Of a DNA stretch of 64,000 bases, positions 1-15,500 are shown one piece after another (within the stretch, counting starts at the first letter, position 1; each line of letters begins with the position of its first letter). The notes beneath the pieces were generated by a model. The model did no database searches, was not told where the DNA came from, and saw only the letters and a program-made list of their open reading frames with translations. The stretch is from Camelus ferus (Eukaryota). The DNA is taken from positions 9,424,001-9,488,000 of the forward strand of contig NC_045704.1 in the NCBI RefSeq assembly GCF_009834535.1, written 5' to 3'. The position numbers and the translations under genes are program-made.

Positions 1-464
1 AAGTTACTCCTTGAGTTACCCCTTGTTCCTAGAATACAGAACTCTTACAACTCCAATAATAAAGAGACAAATAACTCAATTAAAAATGGGCAAAGGATCT
101 GAATAGATATTTCTCCAAGGAAGATATATAAATGGCCAATAAGTGCATGAAGAGATGTGCTTACATCATTAGCCATCAGGGAAATGCACATCAAAACCAC
201 CCACTAGGATGGCTATAATCAAAAAGTCAGATAATAACAAGTGTTAGCAAGGATGTACAGAGATTGGAACCCTCATAGACTACTGGTGAGGATGTTGAAT
301 GATGCAGCCACTTTGGAAAATAGTCTGGCACTTCTTTAAGAAGCTAAATATAGACTTCTGGTATGACCCAACAATTTGACTCCTAGGTATGTACCCAAGA
401 GAACTGAAAAAATAGCTACACACCAAAACTTGTATGTGAATGTTCATATGTCCGTAGTATTCAT
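1..464 (+). mobile_element. Old L1 (L1M-type) ORF2 3' end/3'UTR fragment
   Basis: aactcttacaactc-aataat...aactcaattaaaaatgggcaaaggatctgaatagatatttctccaaggaagatata...catcattagccatcagggaaatgcacatcaaaaccac...gattggaaccctca; classic L1 ORF2 end. Confidence 0.85.
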
Positions 465-609
465 NNNNNNNNNNNNNNNNNNNNNNNNNNNNNNNNNNNN
501 NNNNNNNNNNNNNNNNNNNNNNNNNNNNNNNNNNNNNNNNNNNNNNNNNNNNNNNNNNNNNNNNNNNNNNNNNNNNNNNNNNNNNNNNNNNNNNNNNNNN
601 NNNNNNNNN
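465..609. other. Assembly gap (N run)
   Basis: Run of n. Confidence 1.
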
Positions 610-622
610 AAGAAGCTGGGGG

Positions 623-775
623 TGGAAGGAGGGTAGAGCTCCATGGTAGAGTGCGTACTTAGCATGTACGAGGTTCAATCCCCAGTACCTCCATTAAGCA
701 ATAAATAAAAAACAAATAAACCCAGTACCTCCCTTAAAAAATTAAAAATAAATTAATAAAAAGTAAAAACCACTC
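623..775 (+). mobile_element. Camelid-type tRNA-derived SINE (vic-1-like), with internal deletion
   Basis: ggagggtagagctccatggtagagtgcgtacttagcatgtacgaggttcaatccccagtacctccatt + AATA-rich tail. Confidence 0.75.
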
Positions 776-1050
776 TTTAAAAAAAAGCCAGCCACAGAAG
801 ACCACATAAAGTATGGGTCCATTTATAGGAAATGTCCAGAATGGGTAAATCCATTGAGACAGAAAGTAGGTTAGTGGTTGTCAGGGGCTGTGCGCAGGGT
901 GGAGGGAGAGGTGACCAGTTAGTGGATTTTTGGGGTGATGAAAATGTTCTAAAATCACATTGCAGTGATGCACAACATTGTGAATACACTAAAAACTACT
1001 GAACTGTACACTTTAAAGGGGGGAATTTTATGATGTATGAGTTACATCAC
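776..1050 (+). mobile_element. L1MB-type 3' end fragment
   Basis: tccatttataggaaatgtccagaatgggtaaatccattgagacagaaagtagg...gatgaaaatgttctaaaat...tgtgaatacactaaaaactactgaactgtacactttaaa. Confidence 0.8.
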
Positions 1051-1183
1051 AATTTTTAAAAAGAGATACAAGATTTGTTTTGGGGGCTGTGCCACACCGG
1101 CTTCCAGTCAGTCTGCTATGTGCTCCCAAGGGCCTGCCTTCTGGGCGGCGCTCATCCCGGCCTCCCCTCAAGCTGCCCTCTCA

Positions 1184-5232
<4,049 letters not shown>

Positions 5233-5505
5233 GGTGCCCTTGGTCCCGGCCCGACCGGTCCCCCGGCCGCCCCCCCTGCGGCCGGTCGCCCCGTCTCTCC
5301 GGTGGGGGCCGGCGACTGCTCCGTTCCGGCCCCCCCGGCTGCCCCCAACCTCTCCGGGGGTCCCCAGGGGGCTGGGCTGGGCCCCCCCCAGTCGGTGGGC
5401 AGCGGAGCTGGGGGAGGGGGGGCTGGCCCGGGGGGGTCAGGCCCCGGGAGTCAGCATAGCCCGGGGGTGCTGCGCGGCCCCCCCTCCCCAGCCCGTCCCT
5501 GGCCG

Positions 5506-5741
5506 NNNNNNNNNNNNNNNNNNNNNNNNNNNNNNNNNNNNNNNNNNNNNNNNNNNNNNNNNNNNNNNNNNNNNNNNNNNNNNNNNNNNNNNNNNNNNNN
5601 NNNNNNNNNNNNNNNNNNNNNNNNNNNNNNNNNNNNNNNNNNNNNNNNNNNNNNNNNNNNNNNNNNNNNNNNNNNNNNNNNNNNNNNNNNNNNNNNNNNN
5701 NNNNNNNNNNNNNNNNNNNNNNNNNNNNNNNNNNNNNNNNN
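5506..5741. other. Assembly gap (N run)
   Basis: Run of n in GC-rich BRSK1 5' region. Confidence 1.
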
Positions 5742-7009
5742 GGGCGGGCCTGGGAGCTGGAGGGATGGAGACGAGGTGGGAGGATGCAGGGAGGGATGGA
5801 GGGATGCAGAGAGACGATAGAGGGAGAGAGATGCGGAGCACACAGGCAGGAGCAGAGTGGGAGCTCCACAAAGGGAGATGAAGCCTGACCCAGCGAAGGA
5901 GAAAGAGACAGATGACAAGAAACAGGGCTGGGGCAGGAGAGATGGTGGGGGAACACAGAGGCAGGCAGAGACAGGAGAGAACGAAGGAGAGCAGGAGGAA
6001 CAGAGAGACAGGGAGATGGAAAAAGGACAGAAGGTGGTGGAGAGAGACACAGAGATGGAGGAAAGCAGAGATAGAAATGGAGAGAGACAGAGGTGAAGGG
6101 AAAGAGAGTTGGAAAGACAGGGAGTTCGGGGGAAATAGAGGCAGAGGGAGATGGAGAAACAGATGGAAAGAGAGAAGGGAGAAAACTGACAGGGAGACAC
6201 ATGGAGTAATTTAAGGGAGAGACAGAAAGATGGGAGAGAAATGAAGGAAAATAGAGGGATGAGGCAGAGGGGCAAGACGTAAAGGTGAGGCTGGGGGAAG
6301 ATGGGCAGGGGGAGGATGGCGGGTCAGAGGGCAGGGGAAAGTGGGAGAGATGGAAAGGGACAAGGGGGAGGGACAAAACAGAGAGACAGGTAGAGGGAGA
6401 GTGGAGAGAGACAGAGATGTAGAAAGGGAGAGCTCCTGAGAGAGAGAAACAAAGAGGGAGAGACAAGAGGACCACAAAAGATGGGGAGGTCTACGCAGGT
6501 GGAGGGCTGAATGGTGGGGGGAGATGGGACAGACTGGAGGGGCAGAGGAAGAAGGAGACAGAAGCAGAGAGAGGGAAAGAATTGGGGTTATTGCTGCTCC
6601 AAGACTCATCTCTGTTTCCCCAGACCCCCAGGCCCCCTTTCCGCACTAGCATCAGGGCCCATATCCATCTATAGCCTAGGGTGCGTGTTTTCAGATCATC
6701 TTGGTTCCGTATCTTCATTTAGGATCCTCAGTCCTACAGAGAAGCTTCCAGAACCCCTTGAGGTCCCTGTGTATTTTTTTAGGCCCTTGTCTATTCTCTT
6801 TGCCCAGCACAGGATTCCCTAGATCTTCATGTGGGCTACACTATGATCATACATACCCACTAGAGCACATCGGCGGAACTGTGCACAGCTAGATTTCCGT
6901 GTAATCTGGGATTCCCCTATGTCAGACTCCCAAGGGTGTTAGGCACCCATTGTATCCCCAGATCACCTATCCAGTGTATCTATGAGCCTTAAATCTCCTA
7001 GTCCACCAC

Positions 7010-7470
7010 TTTCATTCTGTGAATCTATACTGAGCGCCATATCTGAGCCAGACACTGTTCCCAGTGGGGAGGGCACAACAGTGAACCAAACTGACAAAAA
7101 TCCCTGTGCTGTGGAGCTCCCACTACAACGGATGAGGCGGGTGATTGATATGTAAGATAAGCAATCAGAACATATGGTATGTTACAGAGTTGTGATCAGT
7201 GACAAAGAGGAGACTAAAGCAGGGAAGGGGGACAGGAAGGCTTTGTGGTGTGCGGGATGATTTTTGATACAGTGTCAAGTGAGGTCTGGTCAGTGAAGGA
7301 ACACTGAAGGACAATGAGAGTCAGAGCCATGTGGATAAAGTGCCAGGAGCCTTCCAGGCAGAGGAAACAGCAGTGCAAAGGCCCTGTGGCAGGTGTGTGC
7401 CTGGTATGTTATGGGAACATTAAAGGGGGCAGTGAGGGGGCATGAGGTGGGGAAACACATCACATAGGAC
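7010..7470 (-). mobile_element. L2 LINE fragment
   Basis: tactgagcgccatatctgagccagacactgtt...aacagtgaaccaaactgacaaaaatccctg...gaggaaacagcagtgcaaaggccctg. Confidence 0.65.
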
Positions 7471-7799
7471 CTTAGAAACTGGGTGATTATATGTCCTGGC
7501 TTATGCCTACTATTCTGTAATTGTTAAAAGGGTCTGTTTTCATTCTGAAGTGTCTTGCTATGGATGAAAAAATTATACGATCACCCTTCTAACAGTATTG
7601 TTGTAAAGGCTATGGCCTTTATAGGGTACCTGGGGGGGTTTTCATCTAGGCCACCATTATATTATATGTATATTTATATATGTAATGTTATATGCAGTTA
7701 CATGTTATATATACATATATGATAAGTGGTATTATGTATAATAATATATGTTAATAGTATTATCAATAGGTGGACATCTACATAGCTGTACTTAGGTAT

Positions 7800-8104
7800 A
7801 GTAGGCTGCATTATGGACGCCCAAAGATGTCCACATCCTAATTCCCAGAACCTGTAAATACGTCACCTTACATGGCAAAAGGGACTTTGCAGATGTGATT
7901 GAGCTAAAGACCTTAGGTGGGGATATTATCCTGGTTATTTAGGTGGGTCCTCAATGTAGTTACAAGGGTCCTTATGAGAAGGAGGCAAGAGGATCAGAGT
8001 CAGAGGAGGAGCCAGGATAAGGAAAGAAGCAGATGCTGAAGTGATGCAGCCACAATCCAAGGAATGCAGGAAGCCTCTAAAAGCTGGAAAATGCAAGAAA
8101 GCAG

Positions 8105-8105
<1 letters not shown>
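7800..8105 (+). mobile_element. MLT1 (MaLR) LTR fragment
   Basis: cccaaagatgtccacatcctaattcccagaacctgtaaatacgtcaccttacatggcaaaagggactttgcagatgtgatt...agcctctaaaagctggaaaatgcaagaaagcagatt. Confidence 0.8.

Positions 8106-8109
<4 letters not shown>

Positions 8110-8139
<30 letters not shown>
8110..8139. repeat. (AC)n microsatellite
   Basis: ~15 perfect AC units. Confidence 0.95.
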
Positions 8140-8140
<1 letters not shown>

Positions 8141-8559
8141 GCTTACATGTTTGGTTTTCTCATCTCTGTCCAGAAGATCACCCAGCACATCCCAGACCTA
8201 GCAGTGTGCTCAATATATTTGTGGCTGTGGGCTCCACCAGAGTCGAGTACAATGTTCTACTAGAGAGGAGGGCCTCTGACGTCAGACTAGAACAAGAATT
8301 TCTTAAAGCCCAGCCCAAAGCCAACACCTCCACAGACGAGGCACATTCCCAGATCTGAGCCCCAAATCTGATGCAGGCAGGCCTCCAGAACCTAAACATT
8401 GCCTGGGCGTTTTACTTCTAGGCTTCAAGAATCCCCTTTTCTGCACCTCGCAGGACCCAGGGAAGTTTCCACTAGGGAAATGCTGGTTGATAAAAGGGCG
8501 CCAAGAACAGGCAGCCTCCTTTGTAGAACGGGGAAACTGAGGCCAAGGGAGGGATGGGC

Positions 8560-9300
8560 TGGGCCAAAGGCTGCCTGGATCAGGTATTAGCGGGGAGAAC
8601 GCCAGGCTCCAGTAAAAGACCGGATGGGGGCACAGGTGTCCGGAAGAAGGCCCCGAAGGTGCGGGACCGCACAACTGCCAACCATGGGGTGGGGCAGGGC
8701 CAGGAAGGGGGCGGGGCTTAGCTGGGAGAGGACGAAAGGTCTAGAACAGGGGCGGAGCCTGAAGTGGCGGGGAAGGGCAGAGTTTAGAACTGGGGTAAGG
8801 GGCGTGGGTGTGGACGAGGTCAAGCTAAAGAGGAGCCAGACCTGGGGCAGGGCCTACACTGGGAAGGGGTGGAGCTTGCAATGAGGATGAGGAGGTGGGG
8901 CTCACTAGGGGCGGGGTCCGGGCCTGGGGCGGGGCTTAGGTGGGAGCGTGAGCATGAGGGGCGTGGCCTGTGTGAGGGGTCTGGCCGGGCCAGGTGGGAA
9001 GGATTTAAGAGCCGGGCAAAGAGGCCTCCCGCCCAGCTACGGCCCGAAGTCGGGTGGCTGCGCCAGGAACTTCCGGGTGGGACCGTGCGTATTTCCGGTC
9101 AATATGGCGGCGCCCAGCATGGTCAGGTGCAGGCGACTCTGTCTTTAGTAGCGGCGGCGACACAAGGCCCAGGGAGGTGAGGTGCGCCCCGCTCTGGCTC
9201 CTTTTTTCCGAAAGAAGGGAGGAGACTTATTGCTAAGAAGACCAAGGGGAAGGCTTGTTGCTGTGCAGGCCGTGGGTTGCTAAGAGACAGGAACGCCTGC
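8560..9300 (+). promoter_or_regulatory. HSPBP1 promoter and non-coding exon 1
   Basis: Multiple GC boxes (ggggcgggg), ETS sites (acttccgg 9069, tttccggt 9092), YY1-like aatatggcggc 9101-9111, donor AG|gtgagg at 9176/9177; exon 2 acceptor cagcag at 9497-9502. Confidence 0.75.
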
Positions 9301-9595
9301 AGTGGAGATGGGGGAGGGGTTGCTAGGGAGAGTGGGTGGGGCCTGTTGCTAGGGAGAGAAGGAGGGGCTTCTTGTAACTTTGGGGAAGGGTCCTGTTGGT
9401 GTGAAGGAAGGAAAACGGGCCGTGGTGAAGGGAGGTGTGGACCCAGTGGTTTGGGGTCATGGGGGGCCTCCGAGCTCCCCTAAAACGCCGCCTTCTCAGC
9501 AGACCCCCAGGAGTCGACCGGTCAGGACGCCAGAGCTACCTCAGCGGTGACCATCCCCTACCACAACACATTCTTACCTTCTTCGCAAACTGCCC

Positions 9596-12500
9596 ATGGC
9601 GGAACAAGGCTCTGGGGGCAGCCGCCTTCCCCTGGCGCTGCCCCCAGCCTCCCAGGGTTGCTCGTCTGGGGGCAGCGGCTCCTCCGCAGGGGGCTCGGGC
9701 AATCCCCCGCCACCACGAAACCTCCAAGGCTTGCTGCAGATGGCCATCACGGCGGGCTCTGAAGTGCCAGACCCCCCTCCAGAACCCATGAGTGAGGAGG
9801 TAAAGGGTGGGGACCTAATGAGCTGGGGTGAGAGGTGTGGGGACAGAGATATGTTGGGAAGTGAGCCCTGGGGAAGGGCGGGAGTCCAGGGGTGAAGGCT
9901 TAGTAGATTGTATTTTTTGTGCTTGATGGAGTTATTGTAGACTGAAGGTCGGATCTCTGGATCCCCGCACTGTGCTGGGAGGCAGAATATCTGCTGGGAG
10001 GCAGAATAGCCTCATGGTGAAAAGTAAAAGCGAGGGCTCTCCAGAGCCAGACAGACCTGGATTCAGCATTTACAGCTGTGTGACCTTGGGTATATCACTT
10101 CATCTTCCTGAGCCTCAAGTTTTTCATTTGCAAGTTGATGCTAATAATAAGATTCACAATGGTACTTCCCAGGGCAGTTCTAAGGTTCCAGTTGAAGCAG
10201 AACACCACACAGGCGCATAGCCAAGTGCTCCTGAAGGCAGCAGAGTGTTATTAAGAGCACAGGCTCTGTGGACAGACTACTTAGGTTTGACTTAAGGCCA
10301 TGCAGATGGCTGACTGTGTGACCTGGGGCAAGCCACACCTTTCTGTGCCTCTTATTTTCTCATCTGTGAAGTGAGGATAACAATACTTACTAAACAGTCT
10401 TATGGTTACTGGGAGAAAGAGGGTGAGAAGGGATAAATTTGAGAGTTTGAGATTTGTAAATGTTAACAACTATATATAAAAATAGATAAAAACCATTTTT
10501 TTTCTGTACACCACAGGGAACTATATTCAATATCTTGTAATAACCTATAATGAAAAAGAATATGAAAACGAATATATGTATATATGTATGCATGACTGGG
10601 ACATTATGCTGTACACCAGAAGTTGTAACTGACTATACTTCAATAAAAAAAAGAAAGAAAAGAAAACAATAATACCATGGAGGGTTGTTTTGGACATTAA
10701 CAGCAATATTTGTTACATATGATGCTTACTTGGCCATGGTGATTACAGTATACAAAACACTGTGCTAATTCAGTTACAACCACAATGTCGTTGAACCTTT
10801 AGGACAGTAAGGAAGGAAACAGGCACAGAAAGACAAACATCTTGCCCAAATTTATCCAGGACTGCGACTACAGAGCCTTCATATAAGCACTTAACATGGA
10901 GCCTGGCCGAAAAAAAAGCTAGTGGTCAATTCTCAGGGATGCTGTTCAACACCCAACGATGCACAGAATGGCCCCCACCACAGAACCGTCCAGCTCAAAG
11001 TGTCAGTAGAGACGAGGCTGAGAAATGCAGGTCCAGCCTGGACCTCTTCCCTGAACTTGAGGCAGCCTTAGGCATGTCATGGGTCCCTCAAACTTAGATG
11101 TTCAGGAATGAGCTCTCATCCCCATTCCTCCTGCTCCACACCTGCTTCTCTTGCCATCTTCCCCATCTTCTTCTAGTTGTGCAGGACAGAAACCAAGGAT
11201 TCCCTGACATCCTCTTTTTCTCTCACACCCCATAACCAGTCTCTCCATAGGTCTGTTGTCTAGAAAAGAGTCTGTCCATAGAAAGGGTGCTCGACAGATA
11301 ACCTGTTGGTGGCAGAACAGTCAGCTCTCTGTTGGCTGTTACTATTAGTGACCGTCACTCATGCGTTAATTACTGATACATTTTGCTTCTTTCCCCCACC
11401 CTCCTACCCCACCTTGTCCCCCAGAGGCGCCAGTGGCTGCAGGAGGCCATGTCGGCCGCCTTCCGGGGCCAGCGGGAGGAGGTGGAGCAGATGAAGAACT
11501 GCCTCCGAGTGCTATCCCAGCCCACGCCCTCCTCGGCTGGTGAGGCTGAACTGGCCGCTGACCAGCAGGAGCGTGAGGGGGCCCTTGAGCTGCTGGCTGA
11601 CCTGTGTGAGAACATGGACAATGCTGCAGGTACACCCAGGCCCTCTCCGGTGCGGGTCCGGCTGCCAGGGTCCTACCCCTTTGGCCTCCTGATCTCTTTT
11701 CTGTCTCTTGCCTCCTCCTCAGCTCCGGAGTCTTACTGCAGCCCAGCCCCTGTCTTTTGTCTCAGGGACCATAATCCAGCCTCTTTCCCAGCCTCCCAGC
11801 CTCCAGCCTCACCCTTCCAGTCTGCCTCCGACTCGGGCCCCTAGTGGGACTGCCCTGTCCCTCCCTCCTTGGTCCCCATGCTACCCCATGTAATGATGAT
11901 ACCAGGTTCAGTCTACCATCTCCCTGATGCTATATGAAACTGGCCGTTTCGCCCTGGTCTGCTGGGAATCCATTGCCACCCCCTAGAGTAAGAGACAGGA
12001 GGTGGTTCTGATGGGTTACTCAGATGAGGCTTTCCCGAGGGGTGACATCTGATCAGAGACCTGAAGTGAGGGTGTGAGTCATGCATGGGATGAGCTCTGG
12101 AGAAAGCAGTCCAGGCAGAGGGATCGGCCAGTGCAAAGGCCCTGAGGTAGGAATGTGCCTGGCACATGCGGGAACAGCCGGAAGGCCAGTGCAGCAGAGT
12201 GGAGTGAGTGAGGGACAGGGGTTAGGAGGTGACGCTGGGCATACAGGGCCTCGTGGGCCATGGTGGGTGCGGCGGATTTTATTCTAAATGCCCTGGAGCC
12301 AGTGGAAGGACGAGTCACCACCTCCACTTGGAGGGGCGTGGTGTAGTCATTGAGGGCGTTGATTGTCTGTTCTGGACGTTTCATGTACCTGGAATCATAG
12401 ACGTGTGACCTTTTGCAACTGGCTTCCATCACTGAGTGTGACGTTTTCAAGGTTCTTCCATGTCAGAGTCTGTATCGGAACTTTATTCCTTTTTGTGGCT

Positions 12501-15500
12501 GGCTGGTACTCCCGAGTGTGGATAGGCCACATGTTATTTACCCATTCATCAGATGATGGGCATTTGGGTCAATTCCCCTTTTGGTTGCTGTGAGTAATGC
12601 TGCTGTGAACACTGGCATACAAATATCTGTCCAAGTTTCTGCTGTCGATGCTTTTGGTTGTATGTGTAGGAGCTGTCACATGGTAACTCCACGTTTAACT
12701 TGTTGAGGAACTCTCAAGCTCACCGCCACTGCTTTATTTACGAAAGCAAGTGGTGGGCTGTTGCTCGGTGACCTCTGGTCTGGCGTGTGCTTCTCCCGCA
12801 GGGGATGTTCCAGTTGTCACAAAGACGGGGAGGTCAGAACTGGCATTTAGTGGGCTGGAGCCTGGGACCCTAACCCTCCAAATGCTGATGTTGCACACTG
12901 GCCTTGGAGGGACCCCCCCAAGTTGGGAGAGAGCAAGCCTTTGGAGGCAGGCTCCCCTCAGCCTCACCAGGTGTGTTAGTCCATTTGTGCTGCTGTAACG
13001 AAGACCGCAGACTGGGGGCTTAAAGCACAGAAGTCTATTCTCGCAGAGGCTGGAAGCCCGGGGGTTGGTTCCTTCTGAGGCTTGTAGCTGGGGGTCTTCT
13101 TGCCGTGTCCTCTTGTGGTCTCTCCTGTGCACGTCTGTGTCCTCGCCTCCTCTTTTGATAAGGGCACCAGTCATATTGGATTGAGGCCCTGTCCTGTGAC
13201 ATTATTTCGCCTTGATCACCTCTTTAAAGGTCCTGTCTCCAAGTGCCATCACATCCTGAGGCCCTGGGGGTTAGGGCTTCAACATAAGTTTGGGGGGGGA
13301 CACAGCTCAGCCCATCACACCTGGCCTATCTGCTCTCTTCTCTCCACACAGACTTCTGCCAGCTGTCGGGCATGCACTTGCTGGTGGGTCGCTACCTGGA
13401 GGCGGGGGCCGCAGGGTTGCGGTGGCGGGCAGCGCAGCTCATCGGCACGTGCAGCCAGAACGTGGCGGCCATCCAGGAGCAGGTGCTGGGCCTCGGCGCC
13501 CTGCGCAAGCTACTGCGCCTGCTGGACCGGGACACCTGCGACTCCGTGCGTGTCAAGGCCCTCTTCGCCATCTCCTGTGAGTGTCCCGGGGGCTGCTGGG
13601 CAGGAGCTCAGGTCCCCAGGGGCCAGCACCAGCCAGCGGATCTGCTTGAGGGTAGAGGGAGAGGGCTCTTGTTTGTTGATTTATTTCCAGTACCTGTCGG
13701 GACTCTGCTGGGCACTGGGAACAGAGCTGCGAGCCCAGCGCACCCTCTGCCGGTCAGAGAGCCAGACCCTAAGCACACAGGCCGAGGCCCCGCTCGAGTG
13801 CTGTAGGCCCGTCGGAGCTCTCGGCCTTGGCACTGTTGACATCGGGGGCCTGATCGTTCCTTGTCGTGGGGAGGGGGGCAGCTCTTGAGGGGGCTGCTTG
13901 AGCGTCCTGGCAAGCATGGCAGCGGGCTTCTCCCAGAGAACACAGTCCTGAATGCTGGTTAGGAGCAACGGAAACTACAATGTCCTTTATCTTTTTGTTT
14001 TTATTTTTGTACCACTTAGAACATACCCCTATCTTGTCCCTCCCCCTTTCCATCTCCCCACTGCACTGGTAACCACTACTTTGTTCTCTGTATTTGTGAG
14101 TCTATTTCCTTTTTTGTTGTATTCAGTAGTTTGTTGTATATTTTTAGATTCCACATGTAAGTGCTAACAGTATTTGTTTTTCTCTGAACTGTGTACTTTA
14201 AAAAGGTAAATTGTACAGGCTATGGAATTATATCTCAATTAAAAATACTTCAACGTAATGCTTGCAAAGCCTGGCCCATAGAAATCAATGATGATGATGG
14301 TGATGATGGTGGTGATGTGGTGATGGTGACGGTGGTGACAGTGGTGACTATGACTGTGACCTCAATGCCCCAACTTCCCCCTCACCCCTACCCCCAGGCT
14401 TGGTCCGGGAGCAGGAGGCTGGGCTGCTGCAGTTCCTCCGCCTGGACGGCTTCTCCGTGTTGATGCGGGCCATGCAGCAGCAGGTGCAAAAGCTCAAGGT
14501 CAAGTCGGCATTCCTGCTGCAGAACCTGCTGGTGGGCCACCCTGAACACAAAGGTGGGGCAGCCAGGGCACGGAGCCTGGGTGCTTCCTGAGGTGGGGGC
14601 GTGAGGTGGGGGAGTGCATGGGTGAAGGGACCGCCCATCTGACTCCTGTGGCCCTTCTCCAGGGACTCTGTGCTCCATGGGGATGGTCCAGCAGCTGGTG
14701 GCCCTCATCCGGACAGAACATAGCCCCTTCCATGAGCATGTGCTTGGAGCCCTGTGCAGGTGCGCTGGGGCCTGAGAGGACGGCACCCCCTCTCGGGGGT
14801 TAAGGGTATCAGGTCAGAGGGGAGCAGGAATCCCAGGGCTGGCCCTGTCTGAGCCCATTTCCTCACCTTAGGGGCTAAGACAGCAGCCTGGGGAGGAGGG
14901 AGAGTCTTTCTTACACACATGCTCCCCTGCGCACACAAGAAGTACAAGAAGAGTAGAGTCTTAAGAGAGTGACAGAATGGACAGCAGAGCGAGCAGGCAG
15001 CAGCTCTCATGTGTGGCGCTGGCGCCGGGCCAGGCACTATGTTAAGTGCCCTTTTTTGTGCAAGTCTCATCAAAGTCCCTGAGGTAGGGTGGGGAGGGGA
15101 CGTTAGTGAAGTCCAAGTTGCAGATGGGGAAACCAGTGCAGCATGGGGAGCCACTTGCCCAGGCTCCCATGGGAGCAGTGGGGGGTGGGCCCATGCAGAG
15201 GGAGGCCCCAAGGACCGCTCTTCTGTCCCGCAGCTTGGTGACAGACTTCCCCCAGGGCGTGCGGGAGTGCCGGGAGCCTGAGCTGGGCCTGGAGGAGCTT
15301 CTGCGGCACCGCTGCCAGCTGCTGCAGCAGCACGAGGAGTACCAGGTATGGCACTGCTGGCAGGGCCGGGGCGGGGCCAGGGGCCCTGCCTTCCTGGCCT
15401 CTGTGGTTCCAGTCAGCAAATGTCCACTGCCCCCTCCCTGTGCCATGTGCTGTGTTAGAACCCGGGGGGTGGTGGGGAGGATGAGAGGCTGGGAGTTTCT

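Noticed and set aside
5760-9000. Upstream alternative first coding exon of BRSK1 splicing into the internal CAG before HAQYVG
   Set aside because: No matching reading frame found in the available sequence; part of the region is gapped.
10390-10593. Similar short ORFs here and at 50817-51287 (...YIHIFVFIFFFIIGYYKILNI...)
   Set aside because: Antisense translations of the same L1 3'UTR family.
14287-14355. (GAT/GGT)-rich tract before HSPBP1 exon 5
   Set aside because: Ordinary degenerate trinucleotide low-complexity sequence; no further structure seen.
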